Shown here one piece after another: positions 28,806 to 38,218 of a stretch of 64,000 nucleotides of DNA. Origin of the DNA: a virus; the IMG/VR virus record IMGVR_UViG_3300008262_003578; one strand, 5' to 3'. Every line of letters begins with the position of its first letter. Positions within the stretch are counted from its first letter, which is position 1. Made by a program: the position numbers and the translations under genes. The notes beneath the pieces are model-generated. The model was not told the origin of the DNA, did not search any database, and saw nothing but the letters and a program-made list of their open reading frames with translations.

Positions 28806-29714
28806 ATGGAGAATTTTTACGAGACATTAGGAGTTAAAGAAAGTGCAACTCAAGATGAAATTAAAAAAGCTTATAGAAAATTGGCCGTTAAACATCATCC
28901 TGATAAAGGTGGGTCTGAAGATACCTTTAAGAAAATATCTGAAGCTTATGACACATTGGGTGATGAGAATAAAAGAAAACAATACGATAATCAAAAAAAC
29001 AATCCATTTGGGGATATGGGTGGAGGATTTAACCCATTCTCAGATATGTTTAATATGTTTAATCAAGGATTTAGAAGAGGGGCTCCCGATAAAATATTAC
29101 ATGTTAATGTTGGAGTAATTGAATCGTTCCTTGGGAAGGATAAAGAAATTACATATTCAAGAGAAGTAATGTGTAATACTTGTGAAGGGCGTGGAGGTGA
29201 AAAAACAAATTGTCCATCTTGTCAAGGGCAAGGTTTTTTTGATGTTAAAGTTGGTGGTAGTATGTTTAGTCAGGTTGTTAGACAAACTTGTAATAATTGT
29301 AAAGGGTCTGGTCAAGTTTATACCAGTGTTTGTCACGGTTGTAATGGTAAGACAACAAAAACTAAAATGGAAAATATTAAAATTAAATTGCCACACGGAA
29401 TTGATGAGTCACAGTTTTTAAAAATGCAAGGTAACGGGGATTACAGTAATGGTAGTTACGGTAATTTAGTTATGAAAATTAATATTATCCCTGAAGATAA
29501 TTGGGAAAAATTAGGTAATGACCTTATATATAATAAATTTTATAATTACGATGAATTAAACTCCGATTCAATTGAGATACCACATCCTAGCGGTCCTATA
29601 TCATTAAATTTACCTAATGAGTTTAATACATCAATACCGTTGAGAGTTAAAGGTAAAGGATTTCACGGTGGAGATTTGTTTATAAAACAACACGTTAAGT
29701 TTGTTAAGAATTAG
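28806..29714 (+). CDS. dnaJ: DnaJ chaperone
   Basis: J-domain with HPD, G/F region, four CxxCxG(xG) zinc repeats, C-terminal domain. Confidence 0.92.
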   Translation: MENFYETLGVKESATQDEIKKAYRKLAVKHHPDKGGSEDTFKKISEAYDTLGDENKRKQYDNQKNNPFGDMGGGFNPFSDMFNMFNQGFRRGAPDKILHVNVGVIESFLGKDKEITYSREVMCNTCEGRGGEKTNCPSCQGQGFFDVKVGGSMFSQVVRQTCNNCKGSGQVYTSVCHGCNGKTTKTKMENIKIKLPHGIDESQFLKMQGNGDYSNGSYGNLVMKINIIPEDNWEKLGNDLIYNKFYNYDELNSDSIEIPHPSGPISLNLPNEFNTSIPLRVKGKGFHGGDLFIKQHVKFVKN

Positions 29715-29870
29715 TTATTTTAAATACCCGATAATATCTGAGATAATCCTAACAATACCGTAAATCGCCATTATTGAAATAAAAGATGAAAATATAATTA
29801 TTTTATAGTTTGAATTAACGTTAAGAGGTCCTTTCTGACATTCTTTACATTCTTTACTTGATGTGTTCAT
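29715..29870 (-). CDS. 51-aa membrane peptide with CxxC (not in ORF track)
   Basis: MNTSSKECKECQKGPLNVNSNYKIIIFSSFISIMAIYGIVRIISDIIGYLK. Confidence 0.55.
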   Translation of the reverse strand: MNTSSKECKECQKGPLNVNSNYKIIIFSSFISIMAIYGIVRIISDIIGYLK

Positions 29871-29919
29871 AATTAGATTAATTTGTAATAAACAATTATA
29901 TTACCAATTCTTTTATAAG

Positions 29920-30100
29920 TAAATAAATTAACCCCACTGAACCAATGGGGTTTAACTAATTGTTTCACTTATTAAGTTGGGGTAATCAACCCGTATCACC
30001 TCACCCGATACTTGATGGTCAGATTGTAAGTTAGGAGTTCTGACATCCTGTTGTGTGTCCTCAATCACATCAACAATACAAATTTAAGCCTTTGTTTGAT
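29920..30100 (-). ncRNA. Candidate multi-hairpin small RNA ending in an intrinsic terminator
   Basis: ORF-free; consecutive hairpins tgttg/tgtg..caca/caaca, gtcaga/tctgac, gtatc/gatac, gttg/caac, then aaccccatt/agtggggtt + T-rich tail (G-U pairing favours minus strand). Confidence 0.45.
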
Positions 30101-30145
30101 ATATACAATAGGTATAATGATTTTTTTAAAAGTTTTTTTTGGTTA

Positions 30146-30174
30146 TTGACTTTTTAACGCACTTTACTTATATT
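30146..30174 (+). promoter_or_regulatory. Canonical promoter TTGACT-17-TATATT, overlapping TATTTAT (30171-30177)
   Basis: Directly upstream of the RHH gene. Confidence 0.55.
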
Positions 30175-30192
30175 TATAATAAAGAGATGAGT

Positions 30193-30354
30193 ATGGAAAC
30201 TAAAATGGGGAGACCTAAAAAAGAAGATAAAGATAAAAAAGTTAAGTATGGAATTAGTATTGACCGATATCTTTTTGATAAAATGAAGAACGAGGGGGTA
30301 AGTATCTCCAAATTTATCCAGAATTTAGTTAAAGAACATTATGAAAAAATATAA
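30193..30354 (+). CDS. Ribbon-helix-helix-like DNA-binding protein
   Basis: MGRPKK...KVKYGISIDRYLFDKMKNEGVSISKFIQNLVKEHY: beta strand + two helices. Confidence 0.65.
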   Translation: METKMGRPKKEDKDKKVKYGISIDRYLFDKMKNEGVSISKFIQNLVKEHYEKI

Positions 30355-30952
30355 TTTTAATGAATATTTTTTTCACGAGGTGAATGAAAAATCCGCTTAT
30401 TGGTTAGGGTTTTTATATGCCGATGGATATACTAGAATGAAAAATGGTAAAAGTGGTGAAGTGAAACTAAAATTAAAAGATACTGATAGAAACCATATTG
30501 AATTATTTCTTAAAGATTTAGGGTGTGATAAACCTATAAAATGTGGGGTAGATAAGAAGTCTAAATTTTGTTCCGTAACAGTTTACTCAAACATAATGGT
30601 TAAACAATTATTTGAATTGGGGTGTGTTAATAATAAAACTCAAAAAATACGTTTACCTAAGTTAGATGAGGTATTCATGCCTCACTTTATAAGAGGTTAT
30701 TTTGATGGTGACGGTAGTATTTCAAAAGTGAAAAATAGACCAAATTCTTTTGTTGTAAGTTTGTGTTCTAATAAAGAATTTAACAATGAACTTGTAAAAT
30801 TCTTAGGTTATGGAAAACCATACATATATGAAAACTATTCGGTTATTAAAATTAATAAAATAATGGATATTACTAATTTTAGGGATTATATTTACCCAAA
30901 GGCGATAACGTTCTTAGAAAGAAAATTACTAAAATTTAAACAAATTAAATAA
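30341..30952 (+). CDS. Free-standing double-motif LAGLIDADG homing endonuclease
   Basis: YWLGFLYADG and FIRGYFDGDG motifs. Confidence 0.88.
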   Translation: MKKYNFNEYFFHEVNEKSAYWLGFLYADGYTRMKNGKSGEVKLKLKDTDRNHIELFLKDLGCDKPIKCGVDKKSKFCSVTVYSNIMVKQLFELGCVNNKTQKIRLPKLDEVFMPHFIRGYFDGDGSISKVKNRPNSFVVSLCSNKEFNNELVKFLGYGKPYIYENYSVIKINKIMDITNFRDYIYPKAITFLERKLLKFKQIK

Positions 30953-30972
30953 ATTAAATAAAATAATATAAT

Positions 30973-31830
30973 ATGTGTGTATCTTATGTCGGTGGTAAAT
31001 CTAAAATTGCCCCACAATTAATAATTCCAAATATACCTAAAGACATTGAGACATTTGTTGAAGCGTTTAGTGGACAATTTTGGACATTTTTTAAAATGAA
31101 TTTAGATGACTATCCGAATCTTAAAACGGTAGTGTATAATGATTTTAATCCATTGAACTATAATATGTATCAATGTTTACAGAAGAACCATCAAAGATTA
31201 CTTGAAGAATGTGAAAAATTAGTGGTTCAGGAAAAAGAAGTTTTCCCGACTAATCCGATTTGTAGTGAACAATTTATCAGGTTTCAGGCTGAAATATTTG
31301 ATGAGAATTTCAGCGTAGAAGCTTACGATTATGTTGTTGCTGCAAAATATATTTACGTTTTAACTCAAGTGTTTTCGGGTTCGAATCCTTCTAAATCAAA
31401 GTTTATTGACTTAAAAGGTAAGTATCATTCAAAGTTTACTTCATTTAAAAATAAATTAAAAAAACCTGAGTGGCAAAAAATGTTTGAAAGAATTACTTTC
31501 GTTGAAAATATGGATTTTCAAGAAGTTATTGAGAAATATGACTCTCCGACAACTTATTTTTATGTTGACCCACCGTATTATATTGTTGGTGAAGGGAGTT
31601 ATTATTCTAACCACGATTTTGGAAGACAAGACCACGAAAGATTAGCAAATTGTTTAAAAGACATTAAAGGTAAATTTTCATTGTCCTATTATGATTTCCC
31701 CTTATTATCTGAATGGTTCCCAAAAGACATTTATACTTGGGAGATGAAAGAGTTTGCAAAAGCCGCTGCCGCTAAGAAAGGAACCAAACAAAATATGGGT
31801 GAAGAGTTACTCATTATGAATTATAAATAA
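30973..31830 (+). CDS. dam: D12-class N6-adenine DNA methyltransferase (Dam-like)
   Basis: YVGGKS, FVEAFSG, YNDFN, FYVDPPY, SYY motifs. Confidence 0.88.
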   Translation: MCVSYVGGKSKIAPQLIIPNIPKDIETFVEAFSGQFWTFFKMNLDDYPNLKTVVYNDFNPLNYNMYQCLQKNHQRLLEECEKLVVQEKEVFPTNPICSEQFIRFQAEIFDENFSVEAYDYVVAAKYIYVLTQVFSGSNPSKSKFIDLKGKYHSKFTSFKNKLKKPEWQKMFERITFVENMDFQEVIEKYDSPTTYFYVDPPYYIVGEGSYYSNHDFGRQDHERLANCLKDIKGKFSLSYYDFPLLSEWFPKDIYTWEMKEFAKAAAAKKGTKQNMGEELLIMNYK

Positions 31831-31879
31831 AAATGACTATTTTTGAAAACTGAAATATTTATTAATAAAAAATGAAACT

Positions 31880-33259
31880 ATGAGATTCAATTCAATCATT
31901 AGACACTTAATTAAAGAAGAACAATCAAGATTCCAAGTATTATACGACAAATTAGTTGTACCTAATAAAAAAGACCCTAAAGGAAGAGGTTTAATGGATT
32001 TTGATAGTCTGAAACAAATCATATTTGCGGACCCCACTACTAAGGCACCTCAGAACTTTGATGTTGACGGTGCATCAATCCAAGATATGGATAAAGTTAA
32101 AGTGGGTAAGTTCACACAGTGGATGTTAAAGAACTTTGTTAAACCATCAAGTCAAGATTTAGATGATATCGGAACATCTGATGTTAATTCACCAGAATAC
32201 AAAAACACAATTAAAGAGTTTAAAAGACGATTCATTGAAGATTTATTCAAGTTTACTGATATGTTGAGTAAGTTTGAAAAGATTAAACAATACATCCCTC
32301 AAGAACAAAGAGACATTAATAAATTAACTCCTAATTCATTGTTGAATATTATCATGAATCTTCCTGAAGATGTCAAACAGAAAATCAACAAAAAAGATGT
32401 TAAGTCTCAAGCTAGACAAGAAAGGAAGGAAAACAGATTTGCACATCCAGGTGGTGAGATTCTGAAAGAAGGTGAAAACTATACTTTAATTAAGATAGAA
32501 GGTACAGGACCACAACAACAAGAAGCCGCTCAATGGTATGGTGGATTCTATGATTATCAAAATGGTGAATCACATTGGTGCACATCACCTCCAGGGTCTA
32601 ACTACTTTATGACTTATGCTAAACAAGGTCCTTTGTATGTTATTATGGCAAACGATGATAAAGGTTTAGTTGGTGCTAGAACAGGATTACCTCAAGAAAG
32701 ATATCAGTTCCATTTCCCATCTAGTCAGTTTATGGATAGAATGGACCGTTCAGTTAACTTGGTTGAAATGTTAAACGGACCAATGGTTGAATTAAAAGAG
32801 TATTTCAAACCTGAGTTTGCAAAAGGATTGGTTACTGGTAACGGTGAAAAGGTTGAGATTAACTACCCTCAAAGTTCGGCAGGTAAATTCATTGTTCTTT
32901 ACGGATTTGAAGAATTGTTTGAGTCATTACCGACTAATATCAAATATTTATTGATTAATAATACTTCTAACGAGAAAGTTGCTTGGGATATTCCTGAAAG
33001 TCTTGGTAAATTTACAAATGTTGAGGCGTTGATGTTAGTAAAACTTGTTAAGAGTCTACCCGATTCTATCGGTAACATGAAGAATCTTCAGTTCTTAACA
33101 CTATCGGATAATGAAAATTTAAAAGAATTACCTGAGACATTGGCTGATTTACCTAACTTATCATTTGTAACAATTAGAAATGTCCCTAACTTAGTTATTC
33201 CACCAAGATTGGCTGAAAAAATGGTTGAAGAAGGTCAAGGGTTTTACTACGTTCAATAG
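31880..33259 (+). CDS. Protein with WCT-motif domain and C-terminal leucine-rich repeats
   Basis: HWCTS...YAKQGPLYVI...YQFHF; IPESLGKFTNVEAL, LPDSIGNMKNLQFLTLSDN, LPETLADLPNL; N-terminal IIRHLIKE tag; TATTTAT at 31856-31862. Confidence 0.75.
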   Translation: MRFNSIIRHLIKEEQSRFQVLYDKLVVPNKKDPKGRGLMDFDSLKQIIFADPTTKAPQNFDVDGASIQDMDKVKVGKFTQWMLKNFVKPSSQDLDDIGTSDVNSPEYKNTIKEFKRRFIEDLFKFTDMLSKFEKIKQYIPQEQRDINKLTPNSLLNIIMNLPEDVKQKINKKDVKSQARQERKENRFAHPGGEILKEGENYTLIKIEGTGPQQQEAAQWYGGFYDYQNGESHWCTSPPGSNYFMTYAKQGPLYVIMANDDKGLVGARTGLPQERYQFHFPSSQFMDRMDRSVNLVEMLNGPMVELKEYFKPEFAKGLVTGNGEKVEINYPQSSAGKFIVLYGFEELFESLPTNIKYLLINNTSNEKVAWDIPESLGKFTNVEALMLVKLVKSLPDSIGNMKNLQFLTLSDNENLKELPETLADLPNLSFVTIRNVPNLVIPPRLAEKMVEEGQGFYYVQ

Positions 33260-33277
33260 AATTAAAAAAAATAAATT

Positions 33278-33562
33278 ATGAAAAATGTTGATATTGAGAT
33301 TTACATGAATCAATTCATCAACTTTTTTGAAAGTAACCCAAACGATTTAATTGATTTAATTGGGGACACTTTAAAAGAAACATTCTACGATAAGGTTAGA
33401 ATGAGATGTTTTGAAAATTACGAGAAAGGTGAAGACATTTCTTTAACTAATAGACAAATGATGGAAATTGTTTTAGAGATTAGAAATGAAGAAACACCCG
33501 ATATTGTTAGAATATCTAAGATATTTGAGTCAACGAAATACGGAACTATTTGTTTAAATTAA
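33278..33562 (+). CDS. Hypothetical protein
   Basis: 94-aa ORF. Confidence 0.7.
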   Translation: MKNVDIEIYMNQFINFFESNPNDLIDLIGDTLKETFYDKVRMRCFENYEKGEDISLTNRQMMEIVLEIRNEETPDIVRISKIFESTKYGTICLN

Positions 33563-33611
33563 AAAAAAATCCTCCAGAGTGTTGGAGGATTTGTTTTTTT
33601 GTCTATCTTTG
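33561..33611 (+). terminator. Terminator followed by Bacteroidetes -7 promoter (33604-33611)
   Basis: aatcctcca/tggaggatt stem + T-run, then TATCTTTG. Confidence 0.7.
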
Positions 33612-33635
33612 TAAGACAAATTTAAACAGAGATAT

Positions 33636-34397
33636 ATGAAAGCAGAATTTACCGTACAAAAAATCAAAGAACTAGCACCATCAGTATTCGCAACAGGACC
33701 ATCACCAAAGGTATCTGATAAGTACGTATTTGTACCTACAGACGAAATCCTTGAAAACTTCCAAAGAGAAGGGTGGGAACTATCTAGCGTGTCTCAAACA
33801 GGTAGAGGTATTCATGCTCTACACCAATTGAAATTCCGTAATGGTGAATTACCTAAAGTTGGTGATACTTTGGTTGAGGCTATTATCCGAAACTCTCATA
33901 ATGGGACTGCAACATTCCAAGTAAGTGCGGGTCTACACCGACTTGTATGTTCTAATGGTCTTACGGTTCCTACCGCAATCTCTGACTCCCTTAAAGTTCG
34001 TCACCAAAAGTTTGACTTGGATGAGGTTAAACGATTAACTGAGACTTTCGCAAAGCGTCTTCCTAAAATTGAGACATCTGTTGGTCGTATGATGGAAAAA
34101 ATAATGACTACCGACGAAAAGATTGATTTCGTTAGAAAATCGGCTGAGTTCCGATGGAAGACAGGTAAAGTTCTTTCCGCAATGGAGGTTGAGGGTCTAT
34201 TGGTTCCTAATCGTGTGGACGATGAAGGTGACGACCTTTGGAGAGTAATGAATGTGGTTCAAGAGAAGTATGTTCGTGGAGGACTATCTTACGAGACACC
34301 AAATGGTAGAAAGACCGCTCTTAAAGGACTTAAAGGTATCTCAGCGGTGAATCAAATCAATACCCAACTTTGGGAACTTGCTGAAACAATGATTTAA
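33636..34397 (+). CDS. DUF932/DUF945 family phage/plasmid protein
   Basis: S.KY.FVPT..I, IIRNSHNGTATFQVSAGL.RLVCSNGL, LWRV.NVVQE, N..LWELAE. Confidence 0.8.
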   Translation: MKAEFTVQKIKELAPSVFATGPSPKVSDKYVFVPTDEILENFQREGWELSSVSQTGRGIHALHQLKFRNGELPKVGDTLVEAIIRNSHNGTATFQVSAGLHRLVCSNGLTVPTAISDSLKVRHQKFDLDEVKRLTETFAKRLPKIETSVGRMMEKIMTTDEKIDFVRKSAEFRWKTGKVLSAMEVEGLLVPNRVDDEGDDLWRVMNVVQEKYVRGGLSYETPNGRKTALKGLKGISAVNQINTQLWELAETMI

Positions 34398-34398
34398 T

Positions 34399-34435
34399 AA
34401 GGTGGGGATTAATTCCCCATCTTTTCTTATATTTG
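34399..34435 (+). terminator. Terminator followed by -7 promoter (34428-34435)
   Basis: aaggtgggga/tccccatctt stem, then TATATTTG. Confidence 0.65.
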
Positions 34436-34439
34436 TGAT

Positions 34440-36101
34440 ATGGAGAAACTTTTTGAAGATATTAAGGTTACATACGATGTGTGGTTGTACGATAATAACA
34501 ACTCATTAGATGAGTATATAGATACTCCCCAAGATGACTTATACCCCGAACTTTTTGGGGTTAGATTGCGTCAATCTAGACGGTATATGTTAACTAATGG
34601 GTTTTTTAAAAATAAAACAATTAGTAATAACGAAGAAGCATTTATGGAGAATTATGGTAATCCTTTCGCTAAAGTTTCTATGTCAAGAAGAATTGCCACG
34701 GTTACAAAAAACGAGGATAAGATTAGTATTAAAATATTTAGATACAGTAGGGGTAGAAATGTTGGTAAAAAGTATTTCAGAGTAAGAACTAACCTTGAAT
34801 ATATATCATATAACATAAAGACAAATGCCCTGTATTATGGTAAAATAATAAATTACCACTTAAAGAGAAAGGCGATTAAAAAATGCAACAGGGTTTTATT
34901 AACTAGTGATTGGCTTGAGTCAATCAATTGTTATATTAATGGTAGTTTGGGACACTCAGATAGTCAATCAAATATGCTTGAATCATTTGTTAATGGTATT
35001 CCTGGCACTGAAAAGTATTTAGGAAACCCCAAATTAAGATTCTATAAATACTTCTTGGAGAAAAGCGGGGCTAAACTACCAAACAATTGGGATGCGTTCA
35101 TTTGTGTTTATCCACAACCTACTAAAAAGTTACTAAAGAAAGTTAACTACAAGTTTATAGATTCTTATATGGATTTACATAAACTAAAAGGTGATAAAAT
35201 TAAAAGATGTTTACATTTGGTTAAAGTTATTAATCTTGAATATCTACACTTTGCATATCAAGTATTTGGTGAAAAATATATCCTATCAAAACCTGACGAA
35301 GACATTGTTAAAATACTACAGTTTAGTAATTATTATGGTGGTACATATTATAATTTGAACGATTATACTAAAGCTGAAAAAAATAATGCTTATGAAATTT
35401 TTAAATTGATATTGGATGAAAAGATTGACCTTTCCACATTTACAGACCACATAAGGTTTAAACTTAGATTATCGGATATTAATCCTGTGAAATGGAAATC
35501 TAAAACTCTTGATGATTTTAATGACGAGCATTACGAATGGAGTGAGAAAGTTGCGGACCTTAGTAAATGTAGATATGATAGATTTTACGGGAACGATTTC
35601 AAGGGATGGGTTGAACAAAATATTGCGGTGAATGAAATTGATTATTACCCTGTCTTATTAACCAACAGTTCTGATTATAACTTTGAGTCAATGACACAAA
35701 ATAACTGTGTTAGAACTTATATTAATAAACCTTCAGCGATGATAATCTCATTGAGGGAGGGTTCAAACACAGGTAAAAATAAATTGACTATTGAATATAA
35801 TTTGGTATGTACTGATTGGGAAACTAAAGAGATAACCTTAAAAAGAGTTCAAACTAAAAGAAAGTCAAACATGATACCAGAACCTGAGTGGGATGAACCT
35901 CTAAGAATTTTGGATTTGAGGATAAAGGAGTTATGTAAACAGAAATTATTTACCTTACCCAAAATACAAGTTACATTTAAGAATATGTCAAAAATTGAAA
36001 GTGGTTTGAATATTGGTGACGATGGTTTTATTCAGTGGGATAACCGAGCCGTTCAAGCGGGACATAGTTTAAATTTTTATGAATTTGATGATTTACCATG
36101 A
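34440..36101 (+). CDS. PcfJ-domain-containing protein
   Basis: L..ES..QNNCVRTY, IISLR, LTIEY, RVQ motifs in the C-terminal third. Confidence 0.75.
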   Translation: MEKLFEDIKVTYDVWLYDNNNSLDEYIDTPQDDLYPELFGVRLRQSRRYMLTNGFFKNKTISNNEEAFMENYGNPFAKVSMSRRIATVTKNEDKISIKIFRYSRGRNVGKKYFRVRTNLEYISYNIKTNALYYGKIINYHLKRKAIKKCNRVLLTSDWLESINCYINGSLGHSDSQSNMLESFVNGIPGTEKYLGNPKLRFYKYFLEKSGAKLPNNWDAFICVYPQPTKKLLKKVNYKFIDSYMDLHKLKGDKIKRCLHLVKVINLEYLHFAYQVFGEKYILSKPDEDIVKILQFSNYYGGTYYNLNDYTKAEKNNAYEIFKLILDEKIDLSTFTDHIRFKLRLSDINPVKWKSKTLDDFNDEHYEWSEKVADLSKCRYDRFYGNDFKGWVEQNIAVNEIDYYPVLLTNSSDYNFESMTQNNCVRTYINKPSAMIISLREGSNTGKNKLTIEYNLVCTDWETKEITLKRVQTKRKSNMIPEPEWDEPLRILDLRIKELCKQKLFTLPKIQVTFKNMSKIESGLNIGDDGFIQWDNRAVQAGHSLNFYEFDDLP

Positions 36102-36457
36102 TTAAGGTTCCTGAACATATTATTGATTTATATAGGTTTGATGTTGAATCATACCCGTGCATATCTTATATAAAAATAGGTGAATGGGAAATCTTAAAAT
36201 CATTATTAAACAAGTCAATCACTATATGGTATTTTGCGGATGATAATCAGGATAAATCGCTTATTATTGAAGAGTTTTTACAATACGATAAAACAGGTAT
36301 CTACATCTACTATAGACTAAATGAAAACAACGAATACGAGGTATTTATATTATCTAAAATTGACAAAAGAGATATTGTTAATTTTACATTACACATAATA
36401 AAAAAACAAATTAAAAATTATGGAAATAACAGCGAAAGAATTACTGGAAAAGATTGA
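36098..36457 (+). CDS. Hypothetical protein
   Basis: 119-aa ORF. Confidence 0.65.
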   Translation: MIKVPEHIIDLYRFDVESYPCISYIKIGEWEILKSLLNKSITIWYFADDNQDKSLIIEEFLQYDKTGIYIYYRLNENNEYEVFILSKIDKRDIVNFTLHIIKKQIKNYGNNSERITGKD

Positions 36458-36734
36458 GAATGGTGAAAAAGTTATGGTTGATTTTTGGGCGACTTGGTGT
36501 GGTCCTTGTAGAATGTTAAAACCTATCTTTGAGAAAGTTACTACCGAAAATGAAACTGATGTCCAAATGTATACTATGGATGTTGATTTAAATAGAGATT
36601 TGGCCGTTTCATTGGGTATTAGAAGTGTACCAACAATTAAAGTGTTTGATAAAGGTCAAGTTGTTGAAACTAAAGTTGGGGTTGTCCAAGAATCGGAACT
36701 TAAACAGATTGCTAAAAACTTGGTAAATGGATAA
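36420..36734 (+). CDS. trxA: Thioredoxin
   Basis: VDFWATWCGPC, IRSVPT. Confidence 0.93.
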   Translation: MEITAKELLEKIENGEKVMVDFWATWCGPCRMLKPIFEKVTTENETDVQMYTMDVDLNRDLAVSLGIRSVPTIKVFDKGQVVETKVGVVQESELKQIAKNLVNG

Positions 36735-37011
36735 AATATTAATAGTGTTCACAATGAAAGGTTGTCCTTTCTGTGATGTATTTAAAGGTCAGCTTAAAGA
36801 ACAAAATTTGGAATTCTATGAGAGGGATATTGATGAACATAAAGACGAGTATGATTTATTTGTTGAAATAACAGAAAACGATTATGTACCTGCATTTATG
36901 ATTGTAGAATCCCCAAACGAGGAACCTAATTCTCTATTGTTTGCACCTGGTAGAGATTTTGAAGAGATTGAAGATGGTGTGGAAATAATTAAAGAACACT
37001 TTACAAAATAA
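36727..37011 (+). CDS. Glutaredoxin/thioredoxin-fold protein
   Basis: FTMKGCPFC, YVPAF. Confidence 0.8.
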   Translation: MDKILIVFTMKGCPFCDVFKGQLKEQNLEFYERDIDEHKDEYDLFVEITENDYVPAFMIVESPNEEPNSLLFAPGRDFEEIEDGVEIIKEHFTK

Positions 37012-37012
37012 T

Positions 37013-37044
37013 AAAAACCCCACTTAAAAGGTGGGGTTTATTTT
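37013..37044. terminator. Bidirectional terminator
   Basis: aaaccccac/gtggggttt between convergent genes, A-run before and T-rich run after. Confidence 0.75.
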
Positions 37045-37858
37045 ACATAATAACTAACTCTTCTAACTTATCTCTTATAAGCCAAGGTTTAGGGGAAAAC
37101 GGATTATCCAAGTCCTCAACTAAATCATAGGTTGACAGTAAAAATTTAAAGTCGCTTAATTTAAAATCAAATACATCCAAAACTAATGACTTAACAACCT
37201 TGTCAGGATAATGTTTTGTCTCAGAAAATAATTCAATATCAAAATCTTCTTCTTCATTTAGTTTAGTTGAAATCTTAAAGTCTATTTTATTTGATTTTAT
37301 TACATTAAATAGATGATTACAGATGTATTCGGAGTAGTAGTAATGTAATCTACCCATATTTAAACTATGACCGTATGGGAACTCAGATGTTACTGATAGA
37401 GGTGAGTAATTAAAATTAACTAAAGAAGGGGTTTTTGCTTCTGAATAGTCAACCTCAACTTGTAACCCATAGTTATCAGACGCTGACCATACATTAAGGT
37501 CGTTTGATTTTATAAACTCAATTAATCTTTTGGAGAATGACGGTCTTTCAGTATTGTAAAAAGTGAATGAATAGTCAGTCTTACTTTCAAGTTCTACATC
37601 ATACATAATTAAGTCAATTACATTAATGTTTTCATAACCGAATTTTGAAAGTAACTCTTTGTTTTGTTCGGTGAACTCCTCTTGGATTTTTGACATTTCT
37701 AAAATATCTTTACGATTTGTCATCCCATTAATAACAAAAAACTTTCCACAGTCAGTTACTTCAATAACCGAATCGTAATCAAGGGTTAATTTTTTTAAAA
37801 TGTAATCGGCCATTTTATTAACAAGACCTCTGTTTGAATTTGGATTGATATATCTCAT
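37043..37858 (-). CDS. Degenerate S-adenosylmethionine synthetase (MetK)-fold-like protein
   Basis: GLVNKMADYILKKL..DSVIEVT...FFVING.T...I..M..I...FGY..INVIDLI parallels the MetK N-terminal pattern but lacks GHPDK; start moved to 37858. Confidence 0.4.
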   Translation of the reverse strand: MRYINPNSNRGLVNKMADYILKKLTLDYDSVIEVTDCGKFFVINGMTNRKDILEMSKIQEEFTEQNKELLSKFGYENINVIDLIMYDVELESKTDYSFTFYNTERPSFSKRLIEFIKSNDLNVWSASDNYGLQVEVDYSEAKTPSLVNFNYSPLSVTSEFPYGHSLNMGRLHYYYSEYICNHLFNVIKSNKIDFKISTKLNEEEDFDIELFSETKHYPDKVVKSLVLDVFDFKLSDFKFLLSTYDLVEDLDNPFSPKPWLIRDKLEELVIM

Positions 37859-37920
37859 AATGTTAAATTTATACCAATTAATAACTAAAATTATTAATAC
37901 CTTAAATAGTAAAATGAAAA

Positions 37921-37943
37921 AGGAGGACATACAATATCCTCCT
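37921..37943 (-). terminator. Terminator of the 47-aa minus-strand gene
   Basis: aggagga/tcctcct stem with T-run on minus strand. Confidence 0.6.
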
Positions 37944-37965
37944 ATCCTTTCTAGAAAACCAAGAA

Positions 37966-38109
37966 TTACTTCTTCTTAGTGTAGTATTTCTCTACAACCT
38001 TCTTAATTGACTCCTGAATAGAAGTGTTATTAGTTGGTTGTGCTTGAGGTGCCGCACTTTGTTGATTTGTTTGTGCTTGGTTACCTTTGTTCTTGCATCC
38101 ACAACTCAT
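37966..38109 (-). CDS. 47-aa small protein (not in ORF track)
   Basis: MSCGCKNKGNQAQTNQQSAAPQAQPTNNTSIQESIKKVVEKYYTKKK; own TATTTAT (38149-38155) and terminator. Confidence 0.65.
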   Translation of the reverse strand: MSCGCKNKGNQAQTNQQSAAPQAQPTNNTSIQESIKKVVEKYYTKKK

Positions 38110-38218
38110 TGTTAATTTTTTTTAAACGTTTATTGTTTGTATACATTTATAAATATCTAAATGAGATGTAATATGTAAATAAAACCTTGTTTTAATTTAT
38201 TTTAAAATATTTATGGAT

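Noticed and set aside
30341-30952. LAGLIDADG as part of a group I intron or intein
   Set aside because: It has its own start and stop, lies between intact genes and does not interrupt a reading frame; same for the HNH
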